Source of the DNA: an uncultured delta proteobacterium
Lineage (GTDB): Bacteria; Desulfobacterota; Binatia; UBA9968
Assembly: GCA_963737905.1 (NCBI GenBank)
Contig: CAVTUQ010000031.1
Location: 1 to 64,000, forward strand
Length of the DNA: 64,000 nt
Direction: 5' to 3'
Each line of letters starts with the position of its first letter. The first letter of the stretch is position 1. A program made the position numbers and the translations under genes. Below are positions 9,625 to 18,875 of this stretch, one piece after another. The notes under the pieces were generated by a model. That model was not told the DNA's origin. It was given only the letters and a program-made list of their open reading frames with translations, and ran no database searches.

Positions 9625-10650
9625 ATGGCTAAATTTCGTGTTAAATATTTCGGCAGCAACGACGTTCCCGTCGACCTCATCAAGCCCATCCTTGATGAGA
9701 TCGACGCCGAGCTGGTGATCGCGCGGCCAACAAACGATGCGGAGGTCATTGAAATGGGTCGCGACGCGGACGGGATCATCATGCACGGCGCGGTCCCCTT
9801 CACCAAGGAAATTATTTCGCAGCTCAAAAAAACTAAGGTCGTCTGCCGCACCGGCGTTGGGGTCGATCGGATGGATCTCGCGGCCGCCGAGGAGTTCGGC
9901 ATAAAGGTCTGCAACGCCGCGGGCTGCAACTCCATCGAAGTCTCCGAGCAGGCGGTCGGTTTGTTGATCGCCATATCGCGAAAACTCATGCGCATGAACC
10001 AGTACGTGCGCGACGGCAAGTGGCGGCGGCACACCGCGGAGCTGCACCGCTATCGCGGCCGGGTTTATCGCATCACGGGATGCACGATGGGCATCGTCGG
10101 TTTGGGTCACGTGGGCAAGCAAGTGGCGCCGCGGGCACAAGGTATGAAGCTTAATGTTCAGACCTATGATCCCTATCTTGATCCGAAAATTGCCCAGGAT
10201 ATGGGCGTGAAGATGGTTTCTTTCGATGAGCTGGTTCGAACCTCTGACTTCATCAGCTTGCATGCGCCGCTGACGAAGCAGACCCGCAAAATGTTTGGCG
10301 CCGCGCAGTTCAAGGCAATGAAGAACACCGCCTATTTAATCAACTGCGCTCGCGGTGGTCTTGTCGATACCGAGGCGCTCTACGACGCGCTCGTAGCCGG
10401 CGAGCTGGCCGGCGCGGCCTTAGATGTCACCGATCCCGAGCCGCTGCCTGCCGATCACAAGCTTCTCACGTTGCCCAACGTCATCGTCACCTGCCACACC
10501 GCAGCAAACTCCGACGAGTCCTACGTAGATTGTCAAACCCACGCAGCCCACGAGGTCGCACTGGTGCTGAGCGGCAAAGAACCCACCACGGAGGTCAAAG
10601 ATCCGTGGCTTTTGGCCGAGGCGCAGGATGAGGGGTTTGGGGGAGTTTGA
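9625..10650 (+). CDS. D-isomer-specific 2-hydroxyacid dehydrogenase (CtBP/SerA-like)
   Basis: GVGVD, GIVGLGHVG, SLHAPLT, INCARGGLVD, AALDV; start taken at MAKFRV. Confidence 0.9.
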   Translation: MAKFRVKYFGSNDVPVDLIKPILDEIDAELVIARPTNDAEVIEMGRDADGIIMHGAVPFTKEIISQLKKTKVVCRTGVGVDRMDLAAAEEFGIKVCNAAGCNSIEVSEQAVGLLIAISRKLMRMNQYVRDGKWRRHTAELHRYRGRVYRITGCTMGIVGLGHVGKQVAPRAQGMKLNVQTYDPYLDPKIAQDMGVKMVSFDELVRTSDFISLHAPLTKQTRKMFGAAQFKAMKNTAYLINCARGGLVDTEALYDALVAGELAGAALDVTDPEPLPADHKLLTLPNVIVTCHTAANSDESYVDCQTHAAHEVALVLSGKEPTTEVKDPWLLAEAQDEGFGGV

Positions 10651-10791
10651 AAAGCTTGGCGAGGGCTTCGCGGTGACGTGCGTCAACTCGATTCTCCGTT
10701 AGTACAACTATGGGAAGAGATTCGGTGGCGTTATAGCAAACGCAACTCCGTTTCTGCGAAGCGTACAGGTCGGCCCGAAATTTAGAGGGAT

Positions 10792-11748
10792 ATGAAGACG
10801 ACAATCATCTGGATTTCCGCGACGCTGGTCTTGACGTGCTCGCTGGGACGGAGTCTCGCTGCAGAACCTCTGCAGGAAGTAAAGATTGGGTACACATCAA
10901 CAAGCATCAGCGCCTTTCCCATTGAACTCGCCCGACGAATGGGCTTTTTTCGAGATGAGGGACTCAGCGTTTTGATGATCATTATGAGAACGAACGTCAT
11001 CATGAACGCGCTGCTTACCCGCGGGATTGACTACGGTACGCCGACCACCTCCGTGATCAGAGGAGCCGCCAGCGACTTGCCGGTGAAGGCGGTGGCTGTA
11101 TTGACAGGCCGTCCCGACTATTTTCTTGCGGCAAAAAAAGAATACAAGTCTCTCAAAGATCTTAGGGGTAAGCGGATTGCGATTGGCACTTTCGGCGCGG
11201 CGGCCGACATAGCTCTTCGCGTGGTGCTCCGGCAAGAAGGTTTGGACCCCGAGCGGGACGTGGTTCGTTTGCAGATGGGCGGGGGCGATTCACGTTTCGC
11301 CGCGCTGGTTGGCGGAACCGTCGACGCGACTATTCTAAATTTCCCATTCAATCTTCAAGCGGAAAAATTGGGCTTCAACGTCCTTCTCTGGCTCGGGGAG
11401 CGCTTAGAGATGCCGCTCTCCGGAGTGGGCGTCCGAGACGAAACGATTCAAAAGAATCCCGGGCAGGTTCTTGGACTCCTCAGGGCGATTCATCGCGCGG
11501 TGGTTTTCGCCAACGGTCACCCGGAAGACTCCGTCCAGGCCTTCATGGAATGGACCCGAGTGGACCGGGAACTTGCGACGAAGAGCTATGAGCTGGGAAC
11601 AAAGAGTTGGCCGGCAAAACTGATCATTTCTGATGCAGCGGTCCGAGCCGTCGTGGACCAGGCGCAGACGGAGCTCAAGATCAAGGGGCCGATCTCGCTG
11701 GACAAAGTGCGTGACTGGAGCTTTGCCGAGAAAGTAACAAGCAAGTAA
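10792..11748 (+). CDS. ABC transporter substrate-binding protein (SsuA/NMT1/THI5-like)
   Basis: Signal peptide, GFFRDEGL, LKDLRGKRIAI, AALVGGTVDA. Confidence 0.85.
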   Translation: MKTTIIWISATLVLTCSLGRSLAAEPLQEVKIGYTSTSISAFPIELARRMGFFRDEGLSVLMIIMRTNVIMNALLTRGIDYGTPTTSVIRGAASDLPVKAVAVLTGRPDYFLAAKKEYKSLKDLRGKRIAIGTFGAAADIALRVVLRQEGLDPERDVVRLQMGGGDSRFAALVGGTVDATILNFPFNLQAEKLGFNVLLWLGERLEMPLSGVGVRDETIQKNPGQVLGLLRAIHRAVVFANGHPEDSVQAFMEWTRVDRELATKSYELGTKSWPAKLIISDAAVRAVVDQAQTELKIKGPISLDKVRDWSFAEKVTSK

Positions 11749-11756
11749 AACCGCAA

Positions 11757-11821
11757 AGGGTGAGGCGTAAGGAGCCAGAGGATTTTCCCCGCACTTTACC
11801 CCTCACGCCTAACCGCTTACG
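11757..11821. repeat. inverted heptamer-repeat hairpin between convergent genes
   Basis: gggtgaggcgtaagg ... tttacccctcacgcctaaccgcttacg. Confidence 0.6.
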
Positions 11822-11827
11822 TGAAAA

Positions 11828-12649
11828 TTAGCCTGCGCGGGTTGCGGTCCACTTGCCGTTCGTTCCGCCTTTAACGGCCCCGTCGATGGTGTTGCCGTTC
11901 ACCCGGCCGGTGTATTGGGCGCCGCCGGCAGTGAAACTGATCTGATCGCCGTTCAGCTTGCCTGAGATCGGCGTAATAACATTGCCGTTTTTGAGCGTCC
12001 CGGAAATCATTTGGAAAGTCTGTTTGAGGCTAAGCTCTCCTTGCGGGAGCTTCCATGTCCCGCCCACTTTTGCCGGCACGATCCAGAGATGCGCCGTGCA
12101 CCAGCTTTCGCAACCGCTGACCTTGGCTGTCTCGTCGGGTTTCCATTCTCCCATGTCAAAGGTATTCGAAACGATGCGCGTGCCTGGCTTCAGATCGAGA
12201 ATCTTCGGGCGCAATTTCATGTTGATGCTCGAAAGCAGAAACATGGTGATCACCTGGGCCTGCGAGAAGTCGCTTTCGAACAGGTCAGCCTTGGCGAAAG
12301 TGGCTCTATCGCTGACTCCTTCTTTCGCGGCGTTGCGCTTCGACAGCTCTACCATGTCCGGATTGTACTCGATGCCGTGCGCTTTGGCGCCGCGCTTGGC
12401 TGCGGTGATGACCGTGCGTCCGTCGCCGGACCCAAGATCGATGACGTAATCTTTCGGCGTCACTTTGGCTAGATCCAGCATTTTGTCCACCAGCGCCTGC
12501 GGGGTCGGCACCCATACGACGTCTTTGCCTTCCTGGCCGACTTCCGGCGCGTAGTCTTTTGCCGGCTGCGCTTGGGCGAAACCGCTGGCAGTAGCCACGG
12601 ACAGGCATACGAGAAAAAACCATTGGCGTGTGAAACGTAATCTGTTCAT
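11828..12649 (-). CDS. class I SAM-dependent methyltransferase with signal peptide
   Basis: DVVWVPTP, VIDLGSGDGR, GIEYNPD, LKPGTRIVS; paralog at 45332-46168. Confidence 0.85.
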   Translation of the reverse strand: MNRLRFTRQWFFLVCLSVATASGFAQAQPAKDYAPEVGQEGKDVVWVPTPQALVDKMLDLAKVTPKDYVIDLGSGDGRTVITAAKRGAKAHGIEYNPDMVELSKRNAAKEGVSDRATFAKADLFESDFSQAQVITMFLLSSINMKLRPKILDLKPGTRIVSNTFDMGEWKPDETAKVSGCESWCTAHLWIVPAKVGGTWKLPQGELSLKQTFQMISGTLKNGNVITPISGKLNGDQISFTAGGAQYTGRVNGNTIDGAVKGGTNGKWTATRAG

Positions 12650-12821
12650 TTGCCCTTCCCTATAATTGGATTTATCGCTGTTTGTGTGCGGATGATACCC
12701 ATTGCATACTTCACGGCCAACAAAAAGTCCAGTAATCGTAGTCCAAATTGAATCGATAAAAGTATCACGGTGAGAGGAGGGATCTGCCGAATCGGAGATC
12801 GTGACCGATGTGTTCGGGGAT

Positions 12822-14948
12822 CTATGTTAGGAATTTCTCAAGTGTCGCCTTCAATGCGTCAACGGACGATTCGCTATCGAGCGCGTAGCGATGGATGCGA
12901 TGCTTGGCGATGGCTCGGAAATAACGCTCGGGCTGCTGGTCTTGTGAAATGAGCAAAACGTTCCGGCCGAGGGTGTGCGCGATGCCGAGTTCGAGCGCCA
13001 CGTTCGCGTTGAGACCCGTGAGATCGACCACGACATGAGTGGCCCCGCAAATCTCATCCCAAATTGAACGAAGAACATCGGGCGCCAGGACTTGATCGCC
13101 CCGGATATATTCCACACGCTCGGCGCAGGCCTCTTTGACAAGCGCCAACGTCTTGGTCGACCACGCTGGACCGAATGCGGTCACGTGAAAGCAACGTTGG
13201 GCAGCGGGGTCCGGATAGTCGCCGGGCCAGACCGGCCACAAAGCCTGTGGGGCGTCCGCACCGAGAAAGTTCAAGGTGGAGGCAACAAGATGTTTGGCTC
13301 TGACCGGATCTCCCTTTGCTTCGGCGGCGAGTGTGTTTACTGATACGCGTACGTGGTGATCGGCATGATTGCAAAATTGATCATGGATGTACTTGACGGA
13401 AGCTTGGACGGAGCTCCCGGCTCCGCCCCTTTGCAGCCTGTAGAACGCGTGGGTTAGAGCAGTAGACAGGTTGAGAAGATCGGTCTGTTTGTTGCCGAGA
13501 CGAATGGGTTCGATGTCCAGATCGAAGGGCAATTCTTGGTCCCCCGTTGCCACGATGACCACGGCCCGGCCGAGCGTGAGTGCGATCCCCAATTCATAGG
13601 CCACGGCAGCAACCGGGCTGGCTTCTTCCAGAGAAGCGGAACGCTTGTACCCGGTAAAATCAAATACCGCCAGGGCGGATTCGCGCAATTGGTCCCAGCG
13701 GAGAGATGCGGGCTCTTGATGCGGTTGCGGCACGAGCCGTCGTAGCTCCCCGGTCGCACAAACCTGGGCGAGCAGTTCGCCTAAATATGATCCGCCGGAG
13801 TAGAAGACCGCATTAGGATGTTGCGCGACGGTGCGGGATGGCCACACCGGTTGAGCGAGGGTGAGATGGTGACGCAGCGAAAAATTACGGATATTGATTG
13901 CGAGCGGCCGTAAGGTCTCGATTTCGAGTTTTACCGGATCGCTATTCACGGGAAAGCCTGCAAGAGCTTCGCGGCTCTCCCTGAGGTGTCCGAGCAAGGT
14001 ACCTGCCGTCTCGCCTTCTTCGCGGGGTAAGATGCCGCCCGCCATTTCTGTAACAACATAGCGAAAAAGATCCGCGTGCAGTTCGGTAATGACCGCCAGG
14101 TGTGAACCCGGTGAAGGTTTTTCCACAGGTTGTGCTCTGCTGGGATTGAGAAGAACTTCTTGCATGCGACCAACCAAGTCCTGAACCCGGCGTGCTTTGA
14201 TTTGTGTATCGGCGAGGCTGGGAGTGGGTTTCCCGATGAGCTCTTCGAGCTCTGCCATAATCGACGCTAAAAAAGGTTGGCGCTCGGGAGCAATTTGACC
14301 GCTCGCGACTTGACTCTCGTAAAACTGCCGGAGCGCGATAATTTCCTGTTGCGCTTCGGTGTTGTCATCGTCTGTGGGTGTGGCGTCGCTTGAACTCGAC
14401 TCGGGACTGTGACCGCTTTGTTCCGCCCGGAGGAGCATTTCTTCGATGGCGCGGTCGCTCGATATCAGCTCTCGAACCTTCGTCGCGGAGGCGTCGGAAG
14501 AACGCCCGTCCTGGTCCAGTCTTTGATCGGTGAAGTAGGCCGCGCGCAGCCCGCAACGGCTGCAGCCGTGCACCGGGGCGCGATAGCGCTCGCTATATTC
14601 CCAAGGTTCCCAATCGTGTGCCGTGCGAGTTTCGTCGCTCCATGCGCTGCAACGCTGGCAGCGAATACCCTGCGCGCAAGAATCATCCTTCCGGTAGATC
14701 CAAGCACCCCACTGATGCTCGATACGACGCTCGGATTCAGCGCAACGGTGGCAGCTTCGCGACAAATCGCAGCGTTGCTCGGCGATGTAATGCCAATCCA
14801 ACCAACTATGCTCGATCCGTTGGTTTACGGTGCCGCAGCGCTCGCAAGTTTGCACCAAGGCACAGCCGCCGGGAGCTTCCAGGCGCCAATCTCCCTGATG
14901 CAAGCCGAGCAAGCACTTGCCGGTATCGAGCCAATCCTTCAGCGCCAT
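12822..14948 (-). CDS. zinc-binding (C..H..CxxC) repeat protein with two tandem nucleoside-2-deoxyribosyltransferase/TIR-like domains
   Basis: 4 Cys/His/Trp units, most with HxWxxW..C..CxxC; C-terminal VFDFTG...YELGIALTLGRAVV and VVDLTGLNANVALELGIAHTLGRNV. Confidence 0.75.
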   Translation of the reverse strand: MALKDWLDTGKCLLGLHQGDWRLEAPGGCALVQTCERCGTVNQRIEHSWLDWHYIAEQRCDLSRSCHRCAESERRIEHQWGAWIYRKDDSCAQGIRCQRCSAWSDETRTAHDWEPWEYSERYRAPVHGCSRCGLRAAYFTDQRLDQDGRSSDASATKVRELISSDRAIEEMLLRAEQSGHSPESSSSDATPTDDDNTEAQQEIIALRQFYESQVASGQIAPERQPFLASIMAELEELIGKPTPSLADTQIKARRVQDLVGRMQEVLLNPSRAQPVEKPSPGSHLAVITELHADLFRYVVTEMAGGILPREEGETAGTLLGHLRESREALAGFPVNSDPVKLEIETLRPLAINIRNFSLRHHLTLAQPVWPSRTVAQHPNAVFYSGGSYLGELLAQVCATGELRRLVPQPHQEPASLRWDQLRESALAVFDFTGYKRSASLEEASPVAAVAYELGIALTLGRAVVIVATGDQELPFDLDIEPIRLGNKQTDLLNLSTALTHAFYRLQRGGAGSSVQASVKYIHDQFCNHADHHVRVSVNTLAAEAKGDPVRAKHLVASTLNFLGADAPQALWPVWPGDYPDPAAQRCFHVTAFGPAWSTKTLALVKEACAERVEYIRGDQVLAPDVLRSIWDEICGATHVVVDLTGLNANVALELGIAHTLGRNVLLISQDQQPERYFRAIAKHRIHRYALDSESSVDALKATLEKFLT

Positions 14949-14958
14949 ACGCGTGAAC

Positions 14959-16104
14959 TCAGTTGATCCGCTCCCATAGTCGATAACGTCCGTCTCCAGG
15001 CCAAAGCATCGTCGCGCTTTCGATTACATAGTTTCGCGCGAGAGAATTTCCTTGGTCGAAATTGAGGACAAGCGTGTTACCCGATGCGGACCAGTTGCCG
15101 TGTTCGCGTCCCCTCGCAGTACCGTTTGAGTTGCTCCACCATTGGAAACGGCCGTCGGCGTCCAGAACGCAATGGGTGTCGGTCACCATCGTGAATCCGC
15201 CGGAACCTAAGATTTCCGTGCTGCGCCAATGTCCCACGAGCCGTCTGTCCAATTCTTCGGTTGCCGGCCTGGCAGCAGAGACAACGGTTGAGGTTGTCGA
15301 GACCGGTGCGGGGGCTGCTGCTTTGACCGGCGGGCTGAAGACCGCATCGATGCCTTGAGTGCGACAGCGCTCGATCAGTCCGGCAAGCTGGCGAAGGGTA
15401 TCTTTGGTGCTCTCGTCCGGCGCGCGTTGGTCGATTGCGAACTTGAAATATTTCTCGGCCACCGGGTTGAACAACACTTGACTATGCTGGGTCACACGCT
15501 CTCGCACCTTAGCGCTATCTTTCGACTCCATGACGTTCCAGACCGCTCGATCGACCCTTTGGAGCGACACTTGATCCGTCTTGTTGCTTTCCTCCAAATC
15601 AAAGACCATCTCCGCGCAGCGGCGGCAGACGCGCACGCCCGTGCCGTAGAACTGGCTCTTATTCCAAGCGCCCCATTCATGAGTGATGCGCGTCTGTGGC
15701 CCGGTATCTCCACATCGCGAGCAGGTGACGACTTGCGAGCAAACCTGTTCACCATCGTAGTTCCAGGATTCCCAGAGGTGAGCGGTGCCCGCGGCTTTTG
15801 TTTCCGCACAACGCGAGCAGGGGCGAATCAGGGCGCAGGATCCCTCCGATTGATAAACGGGCGTTCCCCAAACGTGCTCGGTTTTGGTTTCCTTCTCGCC
15901 GCACCGGCCGCATTCTCGACCCATCAAGCAAGCATCGGTATTTTGGTATTCCCAAGCTTGCCACGTGTGGACCACCTGTTGGCTCTCAGTCTTGCAGCGC
16001 GAGCAGACACGGGTCTGCTGGCATGATCCTTTTCGTAGGTATCGCCATTCCCCGGCATGAAAGCCGAGCGTGCATTTTCCTCTATCGAAGAGATCCTTGA
16101 GCAT
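14959..16104 (-). CDS. zinc-binding repeat protein with C-terminal lipocalin-like beta domain
   Basis: 5 Cys/His/Trp repeats paralogous to 12822-14948; P/A/T linker; LVGHWR...G.WS.SGNTL. Confidence 0.7.
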   Translation of the reverse strand: MLKDLFDRGKCTLGFHAGEWRYLRKGSCQQTRVCSRCKTESQQVVHTWQAWEYQNTDACLMGRECGRCGEKETKTEHVWGTPVYQSEGSCALIRPCSRCAETKAAGTAHLWESWNYDGEQVCSQVVTCSRCGDTGPQTRITHEWGAWNKSQFYGTGVRVCRRCAEMVFDLEESNKTDQVSLQRVDRAVWNVMESKDSAKVRERVTQHSQVLFNPVAEKYFKFAIDQRAPDESTKDTLRQLAGLIERCRTQGIDAVFSPPVKAAAPAPVSTTSTVVSAARPATEELDRRLVGHWRSTEILGSGGFTMVTDTHCVLDADGRFQWWSNSNGTARGREHGNWSASGNTLVLNFDQGNSLARNYVIESATMLWPGDGRYRLWERIN

Positions 16105-16247
16105 GGGACTGGGCGTAGGTCAGCGACGTGTTTGCTTGTTAACGCTAAATGTCAAATTTTTAGGACGAAGACAAGGATATGGTGACCCTTCATCTTGACA
16201 TCCACCTTGGGGCGCTATATCTGCTCGCAAAAAGGAGGAAGACCGCC

Positions 16248-17218
16248 ATGAAGCGAACCTTGCTCGCCCTCGTCTTGATGCTCTTGCTTCCGATGTCGGA
16301 TTAACTCAGGAGCGAATCAAGTTTCCTGTCGGAGTTTCTTCAAAGGTCCTTGGCTACGGCCATTTATGGGCGGCGTGGAAGCTAAAATATTTTGAACGTG
16401 AAGGGTTGGACGTGGAAGTCGTGCTGATGCGTGGAACCGCGCCGGCCGTGCAAGCCATGATTGCAGGATCGATTTCCGCGGGACTCGTAGCGAATGACGG
16501 TCCGATTGCCGCCGTGGAACAGGGGATGGATCTTGCCATGGTCGCCGCTAGCAGCAAGATCACTCACATGCTGATCGGCGGAAAAAACTATAAAACCTAC
16601 GAAGACCTGCGTGGCGCAACCGTCGGCGCTTCGACCCTGACTTCAGGGACTGCATTTGTTCTTAGACGAGCGCTGAAGGCTAAAGGCCTTGAGTATCCTC
16701 GAGATTATAAGCTTCTCAATGTCGGCGGAACTTCTTCTTCCTTTGCGGCCTTGAGCGCCGGCCAGATTGCTGCAGCCATGCAAGCCGTCCCCAACGCGTT
16801 TCAGGCACAGGAGGCGGGATTCAATGTGATCGGGCGCATCGCGGATATTTTCCCAAACTATCTTCTGTCGGCCTATTCCGTAAGACGCAGTTGGGCGGAG
16901 AAAAATCGGCCGCAAGTGGTTCATTTCTTGAAGGCCGTTCTTCAGGCGAAGAAATGGTTCGAGCAGGACAGAAAAGCCGCCGTTGAATTTTTATCCAAAG
17001 AATTTCAACTCACACCCAGCCTCGCTGAAAGGGGACTCGATTATTATCTTGCTAACCAGGCTTGGCCTCCGGAGCTGGAGATTGATATGGATGGATTAAG
17101 GACGGTGGTTGATATCTACGCCGAGCAGACGGGAATGAAGGGACCGCTCCCCAATCCGGAAAAATATGTCGATTCGAGCTACTTGAAACAGGCCTGGAAG
17201 GAGCTGGGGTGGAGATAA
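16248..17218 (+). CDS. ABC substrate-binding protein (SsuA/NMT1-like), frameshifted after signal peptide
   Basis: AGGAGG + MKRTLLALVL then TAA near 16302; the mature part (FEREGLDVEVV, DLRGATVG) is in another frame. Confidence 0.75.
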
Positions 17219-17280
17219 GTTCTAACCCAACATATTTGAATTTGCCTTCTTTTTGAATTAGCGAATCGGAAGAAGATGAC

Positions 17281-17358
17281 TCGCGCAAAGACGCAAAGGA
17301 CGCCAAGTTCGGAGAAATAGGAAGATCCTTTTCTTTGCGCCTTGGCGTCTTGACGCGA
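17281..17358. repeat. palindromic intergenic repeat (cgcaaag variant)
   Basis: tcgcgcaaagacgcaaaggacgccaag ... ctttgcgccttggcgtcttgacgcga. Confidence 0.7.
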
Positions 17359-17424
17359 TAAATTTTCTCGAAGTGGTTTTGTGCAATATTTGAAAGTTTA
17401 GAATCTAATGCTGAGGAGGAAAGC

Positions 17425-18231
17425 ATGATTAATGTCGAAGGGGAACAGATCGAGGTCGTCGACGCGCACTCGCACATGGGGGCGCGCAAGAAACTTGCCA
17501 TTCACCAGATTCCCCCCATCATGAAATTCATGGCGGAGGACATGCTGCAGTCGATGGATGATGCCGGAGTGGACGGGGTGGTCACGTTTGCGATCGGTAT
17601 CGGTGAGCCATCGGATTACCGGGAAACCAACCAGTATATCGCCGACACCATGAAACAGCATCCCGGACGCATTCATGGTTTTATGAGGCTGAGCCCCGGG
17701 AACGGGCCAAAGGATACGCTCCAGGTGCTGGAAGAAGGAGTCAAGCTGGGACTCAAAGGCATCAAGATTCATCCTTTGATCGAACATTGTCCGGCCAACG
17801 ACAAAGAAAAGGTCTATCCGCTGATGGAAGCAGCGCAGCACCACGGCCTGCCCGTGCTTTTTCACTGCGGCCTGGGAGAAGACGCCAGTCCGAAACGGAT
17901 CGGCGAAGTGGCCAAAGACTTTCCCAAGCTGCCCGTCATCATGGGTCATTCGGGGTTAGTGGAGGGTGTGAGAGACGTCGTCGAGATTGCCAAGAAATGT
18001 GAAAACGTTCACATGGACAGCTCGGGGGTTGGATGGTTGCCGTTCTTCTGCGAGTCCATTTCCTGGGCCGGACCCGATCGAGTCCTCTACGGCTCGGACA
18101 CGCCGTTCAACCCGATGGAATGGGAGATCGAGAAAATCGTCAAACACGCGCAGCGGCACCTGAAGCTCAAGATCGAAGATCTCCGCCTGATCATGTCAGG
18201 CAACATCAAGCGGCTCCTGAAGCTAACCTAA
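17425..18231 (+). CDS. amidohydrolase family protein (TIM-barrel metal hydrolase)
   Basis: DAHSH, GIKIHP, LFHCG, MGHSG, LYGSDTP. Confidence 0.9.
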   Translation: MINVEGEQIEVVDAHSHMGARKKLAIHQIPPIMKFMAEDMLQSMDDAGVDGVVTFAIGIGEPSDYRETNQYIADTMKQHPGRIHGFMRLSPGNGPKDTLQVLEEGVKLGLKGIKIHPLIEHCPANDKEKVYPLMEAAQHHGLPVLFHCGLGEDASPKRIGEVAKDFPKLPVIMGHSGLVEGVRDVVEIAKKCENVHMDSSGVGWLPFFCESISWAGPDRVLYGSDTPFNPMEWEIEKIVKHAQRHLKLKIEDLRLIMSGNIKRLLKLT

Positions 18232-18778
18232 CTCCGGCGAAAACGGAGACACCGTGGTTAGCGGGCTGGCAATGGATCCGGGCCGGAGAGTTTTTTGAAT
18301 TCTTTACGTAATTCGGGCTCCTCATAGGCTTTCTCATCGCCTGGCGAAGAATCTGTACCCGCGCCTTTGGGTTATACCCGGGCGCTGCATATCGCCAAGG
18401 CCGCCGCCACCGCCGATTTGTACACCCGTAAGGGTCTTGCCTTGATAGAGGGAGACTGATAAGACCCCTACTCCAGTCCGAAATGAATCGGCGCCCCAAA
18501 AAAACCGAGACGAAAAGAATCCCCGGCTTGCTCGGGCCATATATCGAATCGAAGCGCTCCCGGAGGCGAGAATGTTTTTCATAGAGAATGAAAAATTTGT
18601 AGGAAAACAAAACTTTGTTTTTCGTTCCAGAACGAAACGCCAGCGATTTACAGAAACGAGTAGTATGCAAGAAAGCTCTTGTTGCATGTAGGGGAAATCC
18701 TTCATCTGCTTATCGTTTTCTCTTAGTCCCCCTAAGAACATTCCGGAAAAACGAGCAAAAGTTCTTCAATTAGCAAAG

Positions 18779-18794
18779 TGGCATCATTGTTGCG
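18779..18794 (+). promoter_or_regulatory. sigma54 promoter of glycan operon
   Basis: TGGCATCATTGTTGCG, GG-N10-GC, ~80 bp upstream of 18876. Confidence 0.65.
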
Positions 18795-18875
18795 CATGCA
18801 GTGTAGGTTATTCGCTTCACGTGCGCTTTCCACAACTATGGGACATTCACTGGTTCTTCGAAGGAGTAGTTTATC

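Noticed and set aside
16248-16304. Stop-codon recoding in the SBP gene
   Set aside because: The stop is TAA and the continuation is in another frame, so this is an indel and not read-through
18455-18520. CTGATAAG...GAAA as a hammerhead ribozyme
   Set aside because: The core is CUGAUAA rather than CUGANGA, and stems I-III cannot be formed
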